DNA from: Microcystis aeruginosa NIES-2549
GTDB lineage: Bacteria; Cyanobacteriota; Cyanobacteriia; Cyanobacteriales; Microcystaceae
NCBI RefSeq assembly: GCF_000981785.2
Contig: NZ_CP011304.1
Span: forward strand, 960,001 to 992,000
Length of the DNA: 32,000 nucleotides
Reading direction: 5' to 3'
In this document: piece after piece, positions 16,096 to 24,532 of the stretch
How the letters are laid out: each line of letters begins with the position of its first letter
How positions within the stretch are numbered: the stretch's first letter is position 1
Position numbers and translations under genes: made by a program
Notes under the pieces: model-generated
Databases searched by the model: none
What the model was told of the DNA's origin: nothing
What the model saw: only the letters and a program-made list of their open reading frames with translations

Positions 16096-16764
16096 ATGAA
16101 TGCTCAAAAAATACCTCGTCTCTGTGGGCTGAAAATTCAGGCAATTACTCCCTATTCTCTGGCCTGGGCGCAACAGCGGTCGCTGGTGGCGGCGAGAATT
16201 GCCGATCCCGACTTACCCGATGTGCTGCTGCTGCTGGAACATCCCCCCGTTTACACCCTCGGTACCGGTTCAGATATTAAGTTTATTAAATTTAATCTTG
16301 ACAAAACCGACAAAGAAGTGCATCGAATCGAGCGAGGAGGGGAAGTCACCTATCACTGTCCGGGGCAGTTAGTGGGCTATCCGATCCTCAATTTGCGCTA
16401 TTATCAGCAGGATTTACACTGGTATTTGCGACAATTGGAAGAAGTCATCCTGCAAACTATCGCTATTTATGGATTATCAGGGCAAAGAATCGGGGGCTTG
16501 ACGGGGGTATGGGTAGAAGGGTATAAAATAGCGGCGATCGGTATTAAAGTGAGTCGTTGGATTACCTATCATGGTTTTGCCATCAATGTTTGTCCGGATT
16601 TAAGCGGGTTTGCCGAAATTATTCCCTGTGGGATTGCTAATAAACCCGTGGGCAGTTTAGAGCAGTTTCTGCCTAATATTAGTCTTAGGCAAGTACAGCA
16701 AGATTTATCGAGGGTTTTCGCCTCAGTTTTCGGTGTGGAATTATTTTCTCTTGACAAGGATTAA
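16096..16764 (+). CDS. lipB: Lipoyl(octanoyl) transferase LipB
   Basis: [38 protein letters not shown] and [22 protein letters not shown] are canonical LipB motifs. I chose the first ATG (the track start is TTG). Confidence 0.9.
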   Translation: MNAQKIPRLCGLKIQAITPYSLAWAQQRSLVAARIADPDLPDVLLLLEHPPVYTLGTGSDIKFIKFNLDKTDKEVHRIERGGEVTYHCPGQLVGYPILNLRYYQQDLHWYLRQLEEVILQTIAIYGLSGQRIGGLTGVWVEGYKIAAIGIKVSRWITYHGFAINVCPDLSGFAEIIPCGIANKPVGSLEQFLPNISLRQVQQDLSRVFASVFGVELFSLDKD

Positions 16765-16765
16765 T

Positions 16766-18028
16766 ATGAGCGATCGCAAAGACCCAGAAAAACTCACCGT
16801 GGAAAATAGGGCTGATAACCCCGAAAATAACGGTAAAACCAGTTTATCGGCCCCCGATGCCTCCGAATACGTCTCCTCTTTATCTTCGCGTAATCCCGTG
16901 CGTCAGCGCATCCTACTATTAAAAGATCTTCGACCGGGTAACGCGGGGTTACTACTGGCCCCCCTGATGGTGATGACCATCGGCCTCGTCTTTAGCTGGG
17001 ACTGGTTAGGCTTTTCTGGGGCGATAGTAGCGGTATTAATATCTTTACAGGTGATTTTACCCTCTATTCGCCAGTGGATCGCCCATTATCTCACTCCCTC
17101 TGAACGTCAGACGGTTTTCGCTTTTATAGTTTTTATAGCTGCTCTGGCCGGATTAGGGAAATATTTAGGAGTTTACGAGCGCATATTGCGATGGTTAGAC
17201 AGTTTTAAATACGATGAGTTCGGTTCTTGGGCCGAGTGGGTGGGGGCCTTGGGACAGATTATGATTGCTGTGTTAGCTGTCTATGTGGCCTGGGAACAGT
17301 ACGTTATTTCTAAGGATTTAACCATACAACAAAATCGCATTACCCAACAACAGACGATCGATTCCTATTTTCAAGGGATTTCCGATCTAGCCTTGGATGA
17401 GGAGGGATTTTTAGAAGATTGGCCCCAGGAAAGAGCGATCGCAGAAGGTCGCACCGCTTCTATCCTCAGCAGTGTCGATGCCTCTGGAAAAGCGAAAATA
17501 CTGCGTTTTTTGAGTCAATCGCGGCTATTATCACCGATTAAACGCGATCGTTATCTGGGCCGACCGATTCTAGACGGGGAAGGGGGTTATGCGGAGGATC
17601 GAGAGTTCGGTACAAGAGTAGTACAATTGGGAGTAATGTTAGCGGGGGCCGACATTTCTGGGCAGGATTTGCGCTGGACGGATTTAAGCGAAGCGAATAT
17701 GGTGCGGGCCGATTTAAGTTATGGCGATTTGGTAAAAGCAAATGTATCGCGAACAATTCTCTACGAAGCTAATTTAAGAGGGGCCGATATCAAAGGGATG
17801 CGTTTATTTTATGGTTCCCTAGAAAATGCTACCCCCCGCAGTCGTACCGTTCCCCCCAATTATGACAGAGGAGAACACACGGGAGCAGTGGTAGAAAATG
17901 TCAATTTTACCGGGGTGAAAAACATGAGCGAGGAACAACGTCACTATTGTTGTCGTTGGTGTGGGGAAAAGTCCCGCGCAACCATTCCGGGGGGATGTGC
18001 TGATATTGCCAATCTTTTGGGTCGTTAA
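16766..18028 (+). CDS. Membrane-anchored pentapeptide-repeat protein with Cys-rich C-terminus
   Basis: It has 3-4 hydrophobic helices in the N-terminal half. The pentapeptide tract reads ADISGQDLRWTDLSEANMVRADLSYGDLVKANVSRTILYEANLRGADIKG. The ATG lies 1 nt after the lipB stop. Confidence 0.8.
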   Translation: MSDRKDPEKLTVENRADNPENNGKTSLSAPDASEYVSSLSSRNPVRQRILLLKDLRPGNAGLLLAPLMVMTIGLVFSWDWLGFSGAIVAVLISLQVILPSIRQWIAHYLTPSERQTVFAFIVFIAALAGLGKYLGVYERILRWLDSFKYDEFGSWAEWVGALGQIMIAVLAVYVAWEQYVISKDLTIQQNRITQQQTIDSYFQGISDLALDEEGFLEDWPQERAIAEGRTASILSSVDASGKAKILRFLSQSRLLSPIKRDRYLGRPILDGEGGYAEDREFGTRVVQLGVMLAGADISGQDLRWTDLSEANMVRADLSYGDLVKANVSRTILYEANLRGADIKGMRLFYGSLENATPRSRTVPPNYDRGEHTGAVVENVNFTGVKNMSEEQRHYCCRWCGEKSRATIPGGCADIANLLGR

Positions 18029-18120
18029 CGGAGGCGGTCGGCAGTCCTGATGACAAAGTTGGTACCGCCAAGCATGAGAATATTCTGATTGAGGAATTGG
18101 CGTTATTTCAGCTTCTATTT

Positions 18121-18386
18121 TCCACTCAGTGCCTCTCCTGATATGTAGCCTATACTCAAGGGATTTAGTATTACTTCAGATCTGATTACTCAATCCAAGC
18201 TTTTGGGGGGTTCTACCCCCCAAACCCCCCGTTGGGGGCGTGGCGCCGCCCCCAAACCCCCCGCGCATTAGTTTTTCGGTGAGATGCTTACACGCAGCTG
18301 CTAATACATCTGTAATAATTTCAGAGTCACTCCACTTGCAAGAGTGCCTCTCCTGATATGTAGCTTATACTCGACGGATTTAGTAT
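18121..18386. repeat. Two ~50-nt direct repeats (18121-18171, 18331-18386) bracketing two consecutive 9-bp G/C hairpins
   Basis: The shared core gtgcctctcctgatatgtagc is at 18129-18149 and 18344-18364. Hairpins: tttgggggg/ccccccaaa (18202-18224) and ttgggggcg/cgcccccaa (18232-18255). Confidence 0.7.
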
Positions 18387-18391
18387 GAATA

Positions 18392-18605
18392 ATTAGAGTT
18401 TGCTGAATAAATCTAAAAACCTTGTTGGATAATATCTTTAGGCTTTTTTGAAATCAAAAAGTTCCGGGCCTGGGAGTGATCGGGGAGAAAATTTAGGCAC
18501 TTTTTCCCTGAAAATTAGGTAATTGGCCACCTCAAAACCAGTAAAACCCCACACCCCACACCCCACACCCTGCCCCCACGAAAAAGTTTTTCAGCAAACC
18601 CTAAT
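18392..18605. mobile_element. 214-bp MITE (family 3), TA-flanked, carrying a (CCCCACA)x3 array
   Basis: The TIR is attagagtttgctgaa (18392-) versus reverse complement attagggtttgctgaa (-18605). TA occurs at 18390-18391 and 18606-18607. Confidence 0.75.
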
Positions 18606-18653
18606 TAGAAGATATCCTCATCGGTAAGGGCAGTGTTATAATCAGTGGTATTC

Positions 18654-18908
18654 ATGGCCAATAATTCCCACAAATTTATGAATCAAAAAGTCGTTATTCT
18701 TGCCACTGCTTCCGCTAGTTTATTAACCCTATTAGTTACCACTAACTCCGTACAAGCTGCCCCAGAGTCCTTTCATCCTAGTTTCAATACCGAGAACTTA
18801 GGTGACATGATTATCGCCAAGACAACCGGGGAAGAAAATCCGATTTTACGTCATCTTAATTGTAGTTGTGCCACCTGTACGCAATCCCTTAACTCCTCAC
18901 TCAATTGA
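18654..18908 (+). CDS. Small secreted protein with C-terminal CSCATC motif
   Basis: It has a signal-peptide-like N-terminus (KVVILATASASLLTLLVTTNSVQA/AP). The C-terminal part reads NPILRHLNCSCATCTQ. An alternative start is the ATG at 18678. The 3' end overlaps the convergent gene by 12 nt. Confidence 0.45.
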   Translation: MANNSHKFMNQKVVILATASASLLTLLVTTNSVQAAPESFHPSFNTENLGDMIIAKTTGEENPILRHLNCSCATCTQSLNSSLN

Positions 18909-20093
18909 TAATTTTCCGCCCCAACGATCCTGGGGGATAAAAGTCCGCTCTAGATTAATTTTTGCCACGGGTTCCGTGAGGGTAAATTCTCCCGATTCGA
19001 TCAGTGCTTTTAATTCTAAAGCGGCTTCCCGGGACAGGGAAATACTGGCCAAAGGAGCCACCCTCACACTTTTTCCCTCGATCATAATCCGACCGCTTTT
19101 TAGTTTAGCGTAGGTGATTAAACCAAAGGTAGGACGGACTCGCCGGGGAATGGAAAAATCCACCACTGGGGCGACAATTTCCTCATCTTTTACGGCACAA
19201 TGTCGAACGATTTCCTCGCTTAAAATCGGAATCGGTACCGCTACCCCTAACATTAAAGAAGCCCCATAATTTTTGAAATAACAACCCCGCACCCAGCGAG
19301 CATTCATTTGTTTAGCATCACCAATTAAGGCTAAGGTGGAAGCTGGGCCAATAGGAGTTCGATTTTGTAGGCGTTTTTGTAGGGGAAAATGTTGGGTTCC
19401 TTCCCAGGCAATATAACCGATTCCTCCTCCCAAAAAAATGCGCGTACCGATGCCGATAGCCTCTAAATCCGGGTCATTTAACAGGGGAGAAATTGCCCCG
19501 GGGTTAGAATAAACTGCATTACCTAATCGCGGCTGTAGTGGTCCTAAATAAGTATATAAAGTCCGCTCTCCTCCATTGACTCCGACGATAAAATTCTGGT
19601 AGAGATTCCGAGGATTAAAAAGATAAAATTGATTGATAGTATCCTTAGAAATAATCGTTTCAAAAGAAGCACGAGGATAACAATCGGTGGCCTGGCCGAC
19701 AGCACGCAATGGCAGCGATTTTCCGGCGATTAAATCCTCAATAATATGTCCGCCGCCCCTTTCGGGATTTTCTCCCTCTAAATTCTCATTTTTGGCCGCT
19801 AGATCACTAATAGCACTGGCTCCTAAATATAAATCCACCGCCCCAAAACCAGCATAAGCAGGAATCCCATCTAACCAACATTGACGAATTTTTATCGGCG
19901 GATCTGTCTGACCTAAATTAATAATTGCCCCCGAAGATTCCATCGGTTCAAAGGTTCCCGTACAAACCACATCTACTTGGGAAAAAACCTCCTTAATTCC
20001 CATCTCGGTAACGCGGCTTTTTAATTCCTCTACTGTCCAGACTACAGCCGTTTTTTTTGCGATCTTGTCGTTGATTTCAGCGATTGTTCTCAT
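18897..20093 (-). CDS. COG1900/DUF39 protein (family implicated in sulfide-dependent homocysteine biosynthesis)
   Basis: MRTIAEINDKI...VVWTVEEL...VDVVCTGTFEPMESSGAIINLG..DPPIK...WLDGIPAYAGFGAVDLYLGA resembles the DUF39 N-terminus as I recall it. I chose the ATG at 20093 (the track start is TTG). Confidence 0.7.
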   Translation of the reverse strand: MRTIAEINDKIAKKTAVVWTVEELKSRVTEMGIKEVFSQVDVVCTGTFEPMESSGAIINLGQTDPPIKIRQCWLDGIPAYAGFGAVDLYLGASAISDLAAKNENLEGENPERGGGHIIEDLIAGKSLPLRAVGQATDCYPRASFETIISKDTINQFYLFNPRNLYQNFIVGVNGGERTLYTYLGPLQPRLGNAVYSNPGAISPLLNDPDLEAIGIGTRIFLGGGIGYIAWEGTQHFPLQKRLQNRTPIGPASTLALIGDAKQMNARWVRGCYFKNYGASLMLGVAVPIPILSEEIVRHCAVKDEEIVAPVVDFSIPRRVRPTFGLITYAKLKSGRIMIEGKSVRVAPLASISLSREAALELKALIESGEFTLTEPVAKINLERTFIPQDRWGGKLSIE

Positions 20094-20221
20094 GATAAAA
20101 ATTGGCAAGATGGGGGGTTAGGGAGCTTTTTGCTGTTGTCAGTAAACAGTAATCAGATTTGAGTTTTCAGTGAGTGGTATTAACCGAGCAGTATTAAATG
20201 GCGGTGACAGTGCTGTTTTTT

Positions 20222-20256
20222 CACTGATTACTGATTACTGATCACTGATCACTGTT
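20222..20256. repeat. Heptamer array (YACTGAT)x5
   Basis: cactgattactgattactgatcactgatcactgtt, read directly. A related cagtaaacagtaatcag lies at about 20139-20156. Confidence 0.9.
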
Positions 20257-20296
20257 ATAAGATGAGAAAGGGAAAATTTACGATCGAAGCTTTTCT

Positions 20297-21223
20297 ATGA
20301 CAGTTACACCCGTTCCGGCCTCCTTTAATCCTGTTTCTGGTCTAGTTAACCGTATTCTCGGCATAAAACCGCTTTTTGACATCGCTCGCTATCAGGCCCG
20401 CAATATGATGATTAAAAGAGCCGAAAAACTAGGCGTACCTTGGCGGGAAACCGTCAAACAATGGCAGCAACGGGATTGGAGTCGGGAACTGCAAGCGGTA
20501 GAAAATCCCGATCTCGTCTATCCCGAATACTACGTTTGTTCTTTCCACGCTTACGAAAAGGGCAATTTAGACTGGTTGCCAGCTTTTGAGGTAGAATCTG
20601 CCGCCTATGCTGTTCATTCTACCATCTGGCCCGGGGCGGGGATTGACGGCGATCCGCGATTGCGGCGGGAATATCACCGGATATTGAAGGAGCAAATCAA
20701 GGCAGAAATTAACGATATTGTCGATTTAGGCTGTAGTGTCGGCATGAGTAGCTTTGCGCTACAAGATACTTATCCTCAAGCCAGGGTAACTGGGTTAGAT
20801 CTCTCTCCCTACTATTTAGCTGTTGCCCAATACCAAGCTCAACAAAAACAAAAGACGATTCAATGGCAACACGCGGCGGCGGAAAAAACTCAATTACCCA
20901 GTCAGTCCTACGATCTGGTATCTTCGTTTTTAATGTTCCACGAACTACCCCAACAGGCTACTAGAGAAATTTTCGCCGAAGCGCGTCGTTTATTGCGATC
21001 GGGAGGTTATTTGACGCTGATGGATATGAATCCGCGCTCGGAAATTTATCGAAAAATGCCCCCTTATGTCCTAACCTTACTCAAGAGTACCGAACCCTAT
21101 CTCGATCAATATTTTACTCTCGATATCGAACGGGCATTAGTTGAAGCCGGGTTTCAAGCACCGATCATTACCCCCACCAGTCCCCGACACCGGGCGATTG
21201 TTGCGCGGGTTTCCGAATCATAA
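20297..21223 (+). CDS. Class I SAM-dependent methyltransferase
   Basis: Motif I is IVDLGCSVGMSS. Post-I is VTGLDLSP. Later motifs are YDLVSSFLMFHELP and LRSGGYLTLMD. Confidence 0.8.
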   Translation: MTVTPVPASFNPVSGLVNRILGIKPLFDIARYQARNMMIKRAEKLGVPWRETVKQWQQRDWSRELQAVENPDLVYPEYYVCSFHAYEKGNLDWLPAFEVESAAYAVHSTIWPGAGIDGDPRLRREYHRILKEQIKAEINDIVDLGCSVGMSSFALQDTYPQARVTGLDLSPYYLAVAQYQAQQKQKTIQWQHAAAEKTQLPSQSYDLVSSFLMFHELPQQATREIFAEARRLLRSGGYLTLMDMNPRSEIYRKMPPYVLTLLKSTEPYLDQYFTLDIERALVEAGFQAPIITPTSPRHRAIVARVSES

Positions 21224-21237
21224 TTTTGAGGTAATCA

Positions 21238-21891
21238 ATGAAGATAATTTTTCGTCAAAGCTGGACAAGGATATTAACTATTGTCCCTCTCTTCCTGTTA
21301 ATTTTTGCCAGCAAAACCCTCGCCCATCATGCCATGGCAGGGGAAACTCCTGATAATTTTTTGAAGGGATTTTTATCGGGTTTAGCTCACCCGGTTATCG
21401 GTTTAGATCATTTAGCTTTTGTGGTGGCTAGTGGTTTAATTGCTGTGGGGATGGAACAGGGTTTATTAATTCCGATCGCTTTTGCGATTGCCACTTTAAT
21501 CGGCACAGGCATTCATTTACAGGGAATAAATTTACTTTTTCCTGAGGGGATTGTTGCCCTTTCTGTGGTGATTTTTGGCGTGATTTTAACCCTAAAAAAA
21601 GGTTTACAAACTCATTCTAATCTCTATACGATCGCTCTGGCAACTCTGGCAATGATTGCGGGAATTTTTCACGGTTATGCCTACGGAGAATCAATTATCG
21701 GGGCGCAAGTTGCCGCTTTAGTTGCCTATTTAATCGGTTTTACCGTCATCCAATTAGCGATCGCATCTGGTGCTTTTTTCCTTGGCAGTGTCATCAAGGA
21801 AAAATTAGCCAAGCAAGCAACTCTAATTAGCAAGTTAATCGGATTGGCAATTATGGCGATCGGTACAACTTTTTTAGTGGGAATTAAGTAA
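21238..21891 (+). CDS. hupE: HupE/UreJ-family Ni/Co transporter
   Basis: A signal peptide ends ...TLA/HHAM, which would expose an N-terminal His. It also has GFLSGLAHPVIGLDHLAFVVASGL, FHGYAYGE and 6 TM helices. Confidence 0.85.
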   Translation: MKIIFRQSWTRILTIVPLFLLIFASKTLAHHAMAGETPDNFLKGFLSGLAHPVIGLDHLAFVVASGLIAVGMEQGLLIPIAFAIATLIGTGIHLQGINLLFPEGIVALSVVIFGVILTLKKGLQTHSNLYTIALATLAMIAGIFHGYAYGESIIGAQVAALVAYLIGFTVIQLAIASGAFFLGSVIKEKLAKQATLISKLIGLAIMAIGTTFLVGIK

Positions 21892-22034
21892 ATTAATCTC
21901 GGTGGGGCTAATTATTAATGGCTCTCTTGAGGTTATGGGATCGAAGAAAGGGCGTACAATATACGCCCCTGCCAAACAAGTGCGGGAGAGCCGCTAAATC
22001 AAAAATAATCCTGATTTCTACCCCTACTATTTTT

Positions 22035-23039
22035 TTAGGTTTCCGAGGGGAAGTAACCAAACAGTTTTTTATAATCAGAGGCCAGATATCCTCGGTGAAA
22101 AAAACCTAATTCTTCGGCAATTTCATAAACTAATTTTGTCTGATTATTTTGGTTAAGAGATTGATGTAAAGCATTAAGACGAAGCAATTTAAAATAATTG
22201 TAAGGAGACATTTGATAGAAGTCTTTAAATATATATTCTAAGGTGCGTTGACTTACTTCTAAGTCTTGACAAATCGCTGGAATAGTCAGATCAGAACGCA
22301 GATTTTTTCTCATCATTTCTTCTGCTTTTTTGAGGATAGAGGTACGTCTGATAGCGTTTTTAGGGGTTTTAATATCTTTGGTTACTGCTAAAGTAAAAAG
22401 AAAATCTTTGACAATTTCTTCTTTTAATTTTTGACTGACAAAATTCAATCTTAATGCTTTTCTTTTCCCAGATATTTGTTGACGATCTAAATTAAATAGC
22501 ATTTGATAAAGTTGATGACAAGATTGTTGGAGATGACGAATTTTTTCCGATGGGCAAATCACAATAGAAGAAGCAGAAGAATTTAAAAACTTTTTGGCTT
22601 CTGGTAGCTCTAAAGTTTGGCACAATTGTTGCAGATAATTATCATGAACGTAAAGCTGAAAACGATTAGAAAAAGGATGCTGAAAAACGGAAATTTCTGA
22701 TTTAGGGGGTATAATCCCCAGATAGTTATTTTCTAATGGATACAAATTTTGGAAGAAGACAGAATTCACCTGAACAGGAATCGCAAAAACCCACATTTTA
22801 GAATGGACTACTCCCGCAACATTCGTTAAACAATTACGTTGCGATAATTCTAACATCACTTCATCGATGATGATCCTTGAAAGATACCCTTCAAAATTAT
22901 CGCCACTGAGTTGTAAAGCATCTAAGTTGACAAATTCTCGATTCTGAAAATAATGAGAAAAGTCACAAACATATTCACTTTTAAAGGTTAATTCCTGAGA
23001 ATTAATTAAAATATCGGTTTTATTGTCAAAAATAAACAT
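22035..23039 (-). CDS. AraC/XylS-family transcriptional regulator
   Basis: The C-terminal double HTH reads LTIPAICQDLEVSQRTLEYIFKDFYQMSPYNYFKLLRLNALHQSL ... EIAEELGFFHRGYLASDYKKLFGYFPSET. The N-terminal ~230 aa is unassigned. The coding region is AT-rich. Confidence 0.85.
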   Translation of the reverse strand: MFIFDNKTDILINSQELTFKSEYVCDFSHYFQNREFVNLDALQLSGDNFEGYLSRIIIDEVMLELSQRNCLTNVAGVVHSKMWVFAIPVQVNSVFFQNLYPLENNYLGIIPPKSEISVFQHPFSNRFQLYVHDNYLQQLCQTLELPEAKKFLNSSASSIVICPSEKIRHLQQSCHQLYQMLFNLDRQQISGKRKALRLNFVSQKLKEEIVKDFLFTLAVTKDIKTPKNAIRRTSILKKAEEMMRKNLRSDLTIPAICQDLEVSQRTLEYIFKDFYQMSPYNYFKLLRLNALHQSLNQNNQTKLVYEIAEELGFFHRGYLASDYKKLFGYFPSET

Positions 23040-23245
23040 CTATCTATATATAACTATTTGGTTATTTAGTAAAGTTAAAATTTTTTTTGCCCATCAATTT
23101 AAAAACTTGCGTTTTTTGGATCATCTTAGCATAAAAGACTGAGTAGTATGAGTTACAGCAGAGTTGATTTGTTAATTTTGTCCATCAGTGTAATTCCAGT
23201 TAAATCTCTCACTTTTTTCCGTTATCAATTACTAAGGAGATTTCG

Positions 23246-23550
23246 ATGACTGAACAATATATGCCCCTTGAAGATTGCTCTGGGTGTGCGGTATTGGGTG
23301 GAGAATTCCGCAATTACGTCACCTGGCATTTTCTAATGACTCAAAATATACCACATTTAGCTATACCTATTATCCAGGGGTATCAGAAATTTACGAGGCT
23401 GTTGCTCCTAATATTAGCACTCGTTTCTATGCCATCGAAGCAACTATTGATTTCTCCAAAGCTAAAGGGTGCTTACAAGGTGTTCTGATGGCGCACGAAG
23501 GATGTTTTGGTGGACATAGTTTCTACATCTATCAGGGAAAACTATGTTAA
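23246..23550 (+). pseudogene. Arylsulfatase C-terminal stump (frameshifted, truncated)
   Basis: Across two frames it reads QYMPLED..., then TTFSYTYYPGVSEIYEAVAPNISTRFYAIEATIDF...GVLMAHEGCFGGHSFYIYQGKL. Compare the arylsulfatase pattern SFTYYPG..IPE..APN..NRS..I.AEV....GVL.A.GGRFGG.SLY..DG.L. The sequence stops where IS630 DNA begins. Confidence 0.55.
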
Positions 23551-23610
23551 GCTGTTCAAAATTTAAATAGCGTACAATAGAAATAGTAACCTAGTCAAAT
23601 ATTAATAGCC

Positions 23611-24400
23611 ATGCCAGCCCCTAATCACTTAAATTCCGAGCAAAAAGAAAAATTACAAAAGGCATTAAAAGAAGAAAAAAATGCCTGCATTCGAGAAAGA
23701 ATTTTGATACTATTGTTGTTAAATGACGGAAAAACTCAAGTCCAAATCTCTCAAATCATTGGGTGTTCACTGCGCACAGTATCCTATTGGTGTGTTCATG
23801 GAGATGCGGATAATTTAGATAGTTTAAAAGACAAGAGAATGGCGGGTAATTATCGAAAAGCAACGGAAGAGTATATCAAAATATTGTTAGAGACAATTGA
23901 CAAAAATCCTCATGAAATGGGGTATGAATTTAGTCGTTGGACAGCCAAAAGATTAGCCACTTATCTAACAGAACAGACAGGAATCAAGTTAAGTAGTTCT
24001 CAAGTCATGAACATTTTAAAAAAAAGTCTATATTTAGGCAAAATCTAGTTTATAAGATCGACAAACCCTTGAAAAAACAAGAGAATTTAAACAGAAACTA
24101 GCGGAATATTTAAAAATAGCAAAAGAAGAATTAAGCTCAATTTCTGGTTCTTCGGTTTGTGTGATGCCATGACGGGAGTTTTAAGGGATGAAATCCTTAC
24201 AGAAAAAGGCATTCGGCGATTTTTGTCAATTGTTTTCGTTCTAGAACGAACTAATCAATTAAGTCTCTTGCCAAATAAGGATTTAGTCGATTTATGCCAC
24301 CCGATCAAACCATACCAAGTAACGAAGAACCCAATTTCTTTTATCGCTTTGACTCATTGTCAGCTGTAGAACATTTAAATTGGTTATTTAGGCAAAGGAA
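23611..24400 (+). mobile_element. IS630-family transposase gene remnant (intact 145-aa HTH ORF, then frameshifted and stop-riddled)
   Basis: ORF 23611-24048 reads RERILILLLLNDGKTQVQISQIIGCSLRTVSYW...FSRWTAKRLATYL. After an A8 run the frame shifts: KKVYI*AKSSL*DRQTLEKTREFKQKLAEYLKIAKEE. Later fragments are FWFF, ..NPI.. and YRFDSLSAVEHL (compare the ISY100 C-terminus YRFDSLSSAIESFF). Confidence 0.7.
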
Positions 24401-24532
24401 CAGGGAACAGGAAAAGGGAGGCTCTCTCTCAACAAATTTGGGAGGCTATTCCCTTAAGTTGACACCAATGATCCTATGCGCCCAAAATGTAATATAGATA
24501 TTTCTACAAAATTGAGATGCACCCATTCAAGA

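Noticed and set aside
23611-24048. The intact 145-aa HTH ORF as a stand-alone domesticated regulator
   Set aside because: The downstream frames still carry recognisable continuation of the same IS630 transposase, interrupted by a frameshift and stops. The simplest reading is a recently decayed transposase gene rather than a selected regulator.
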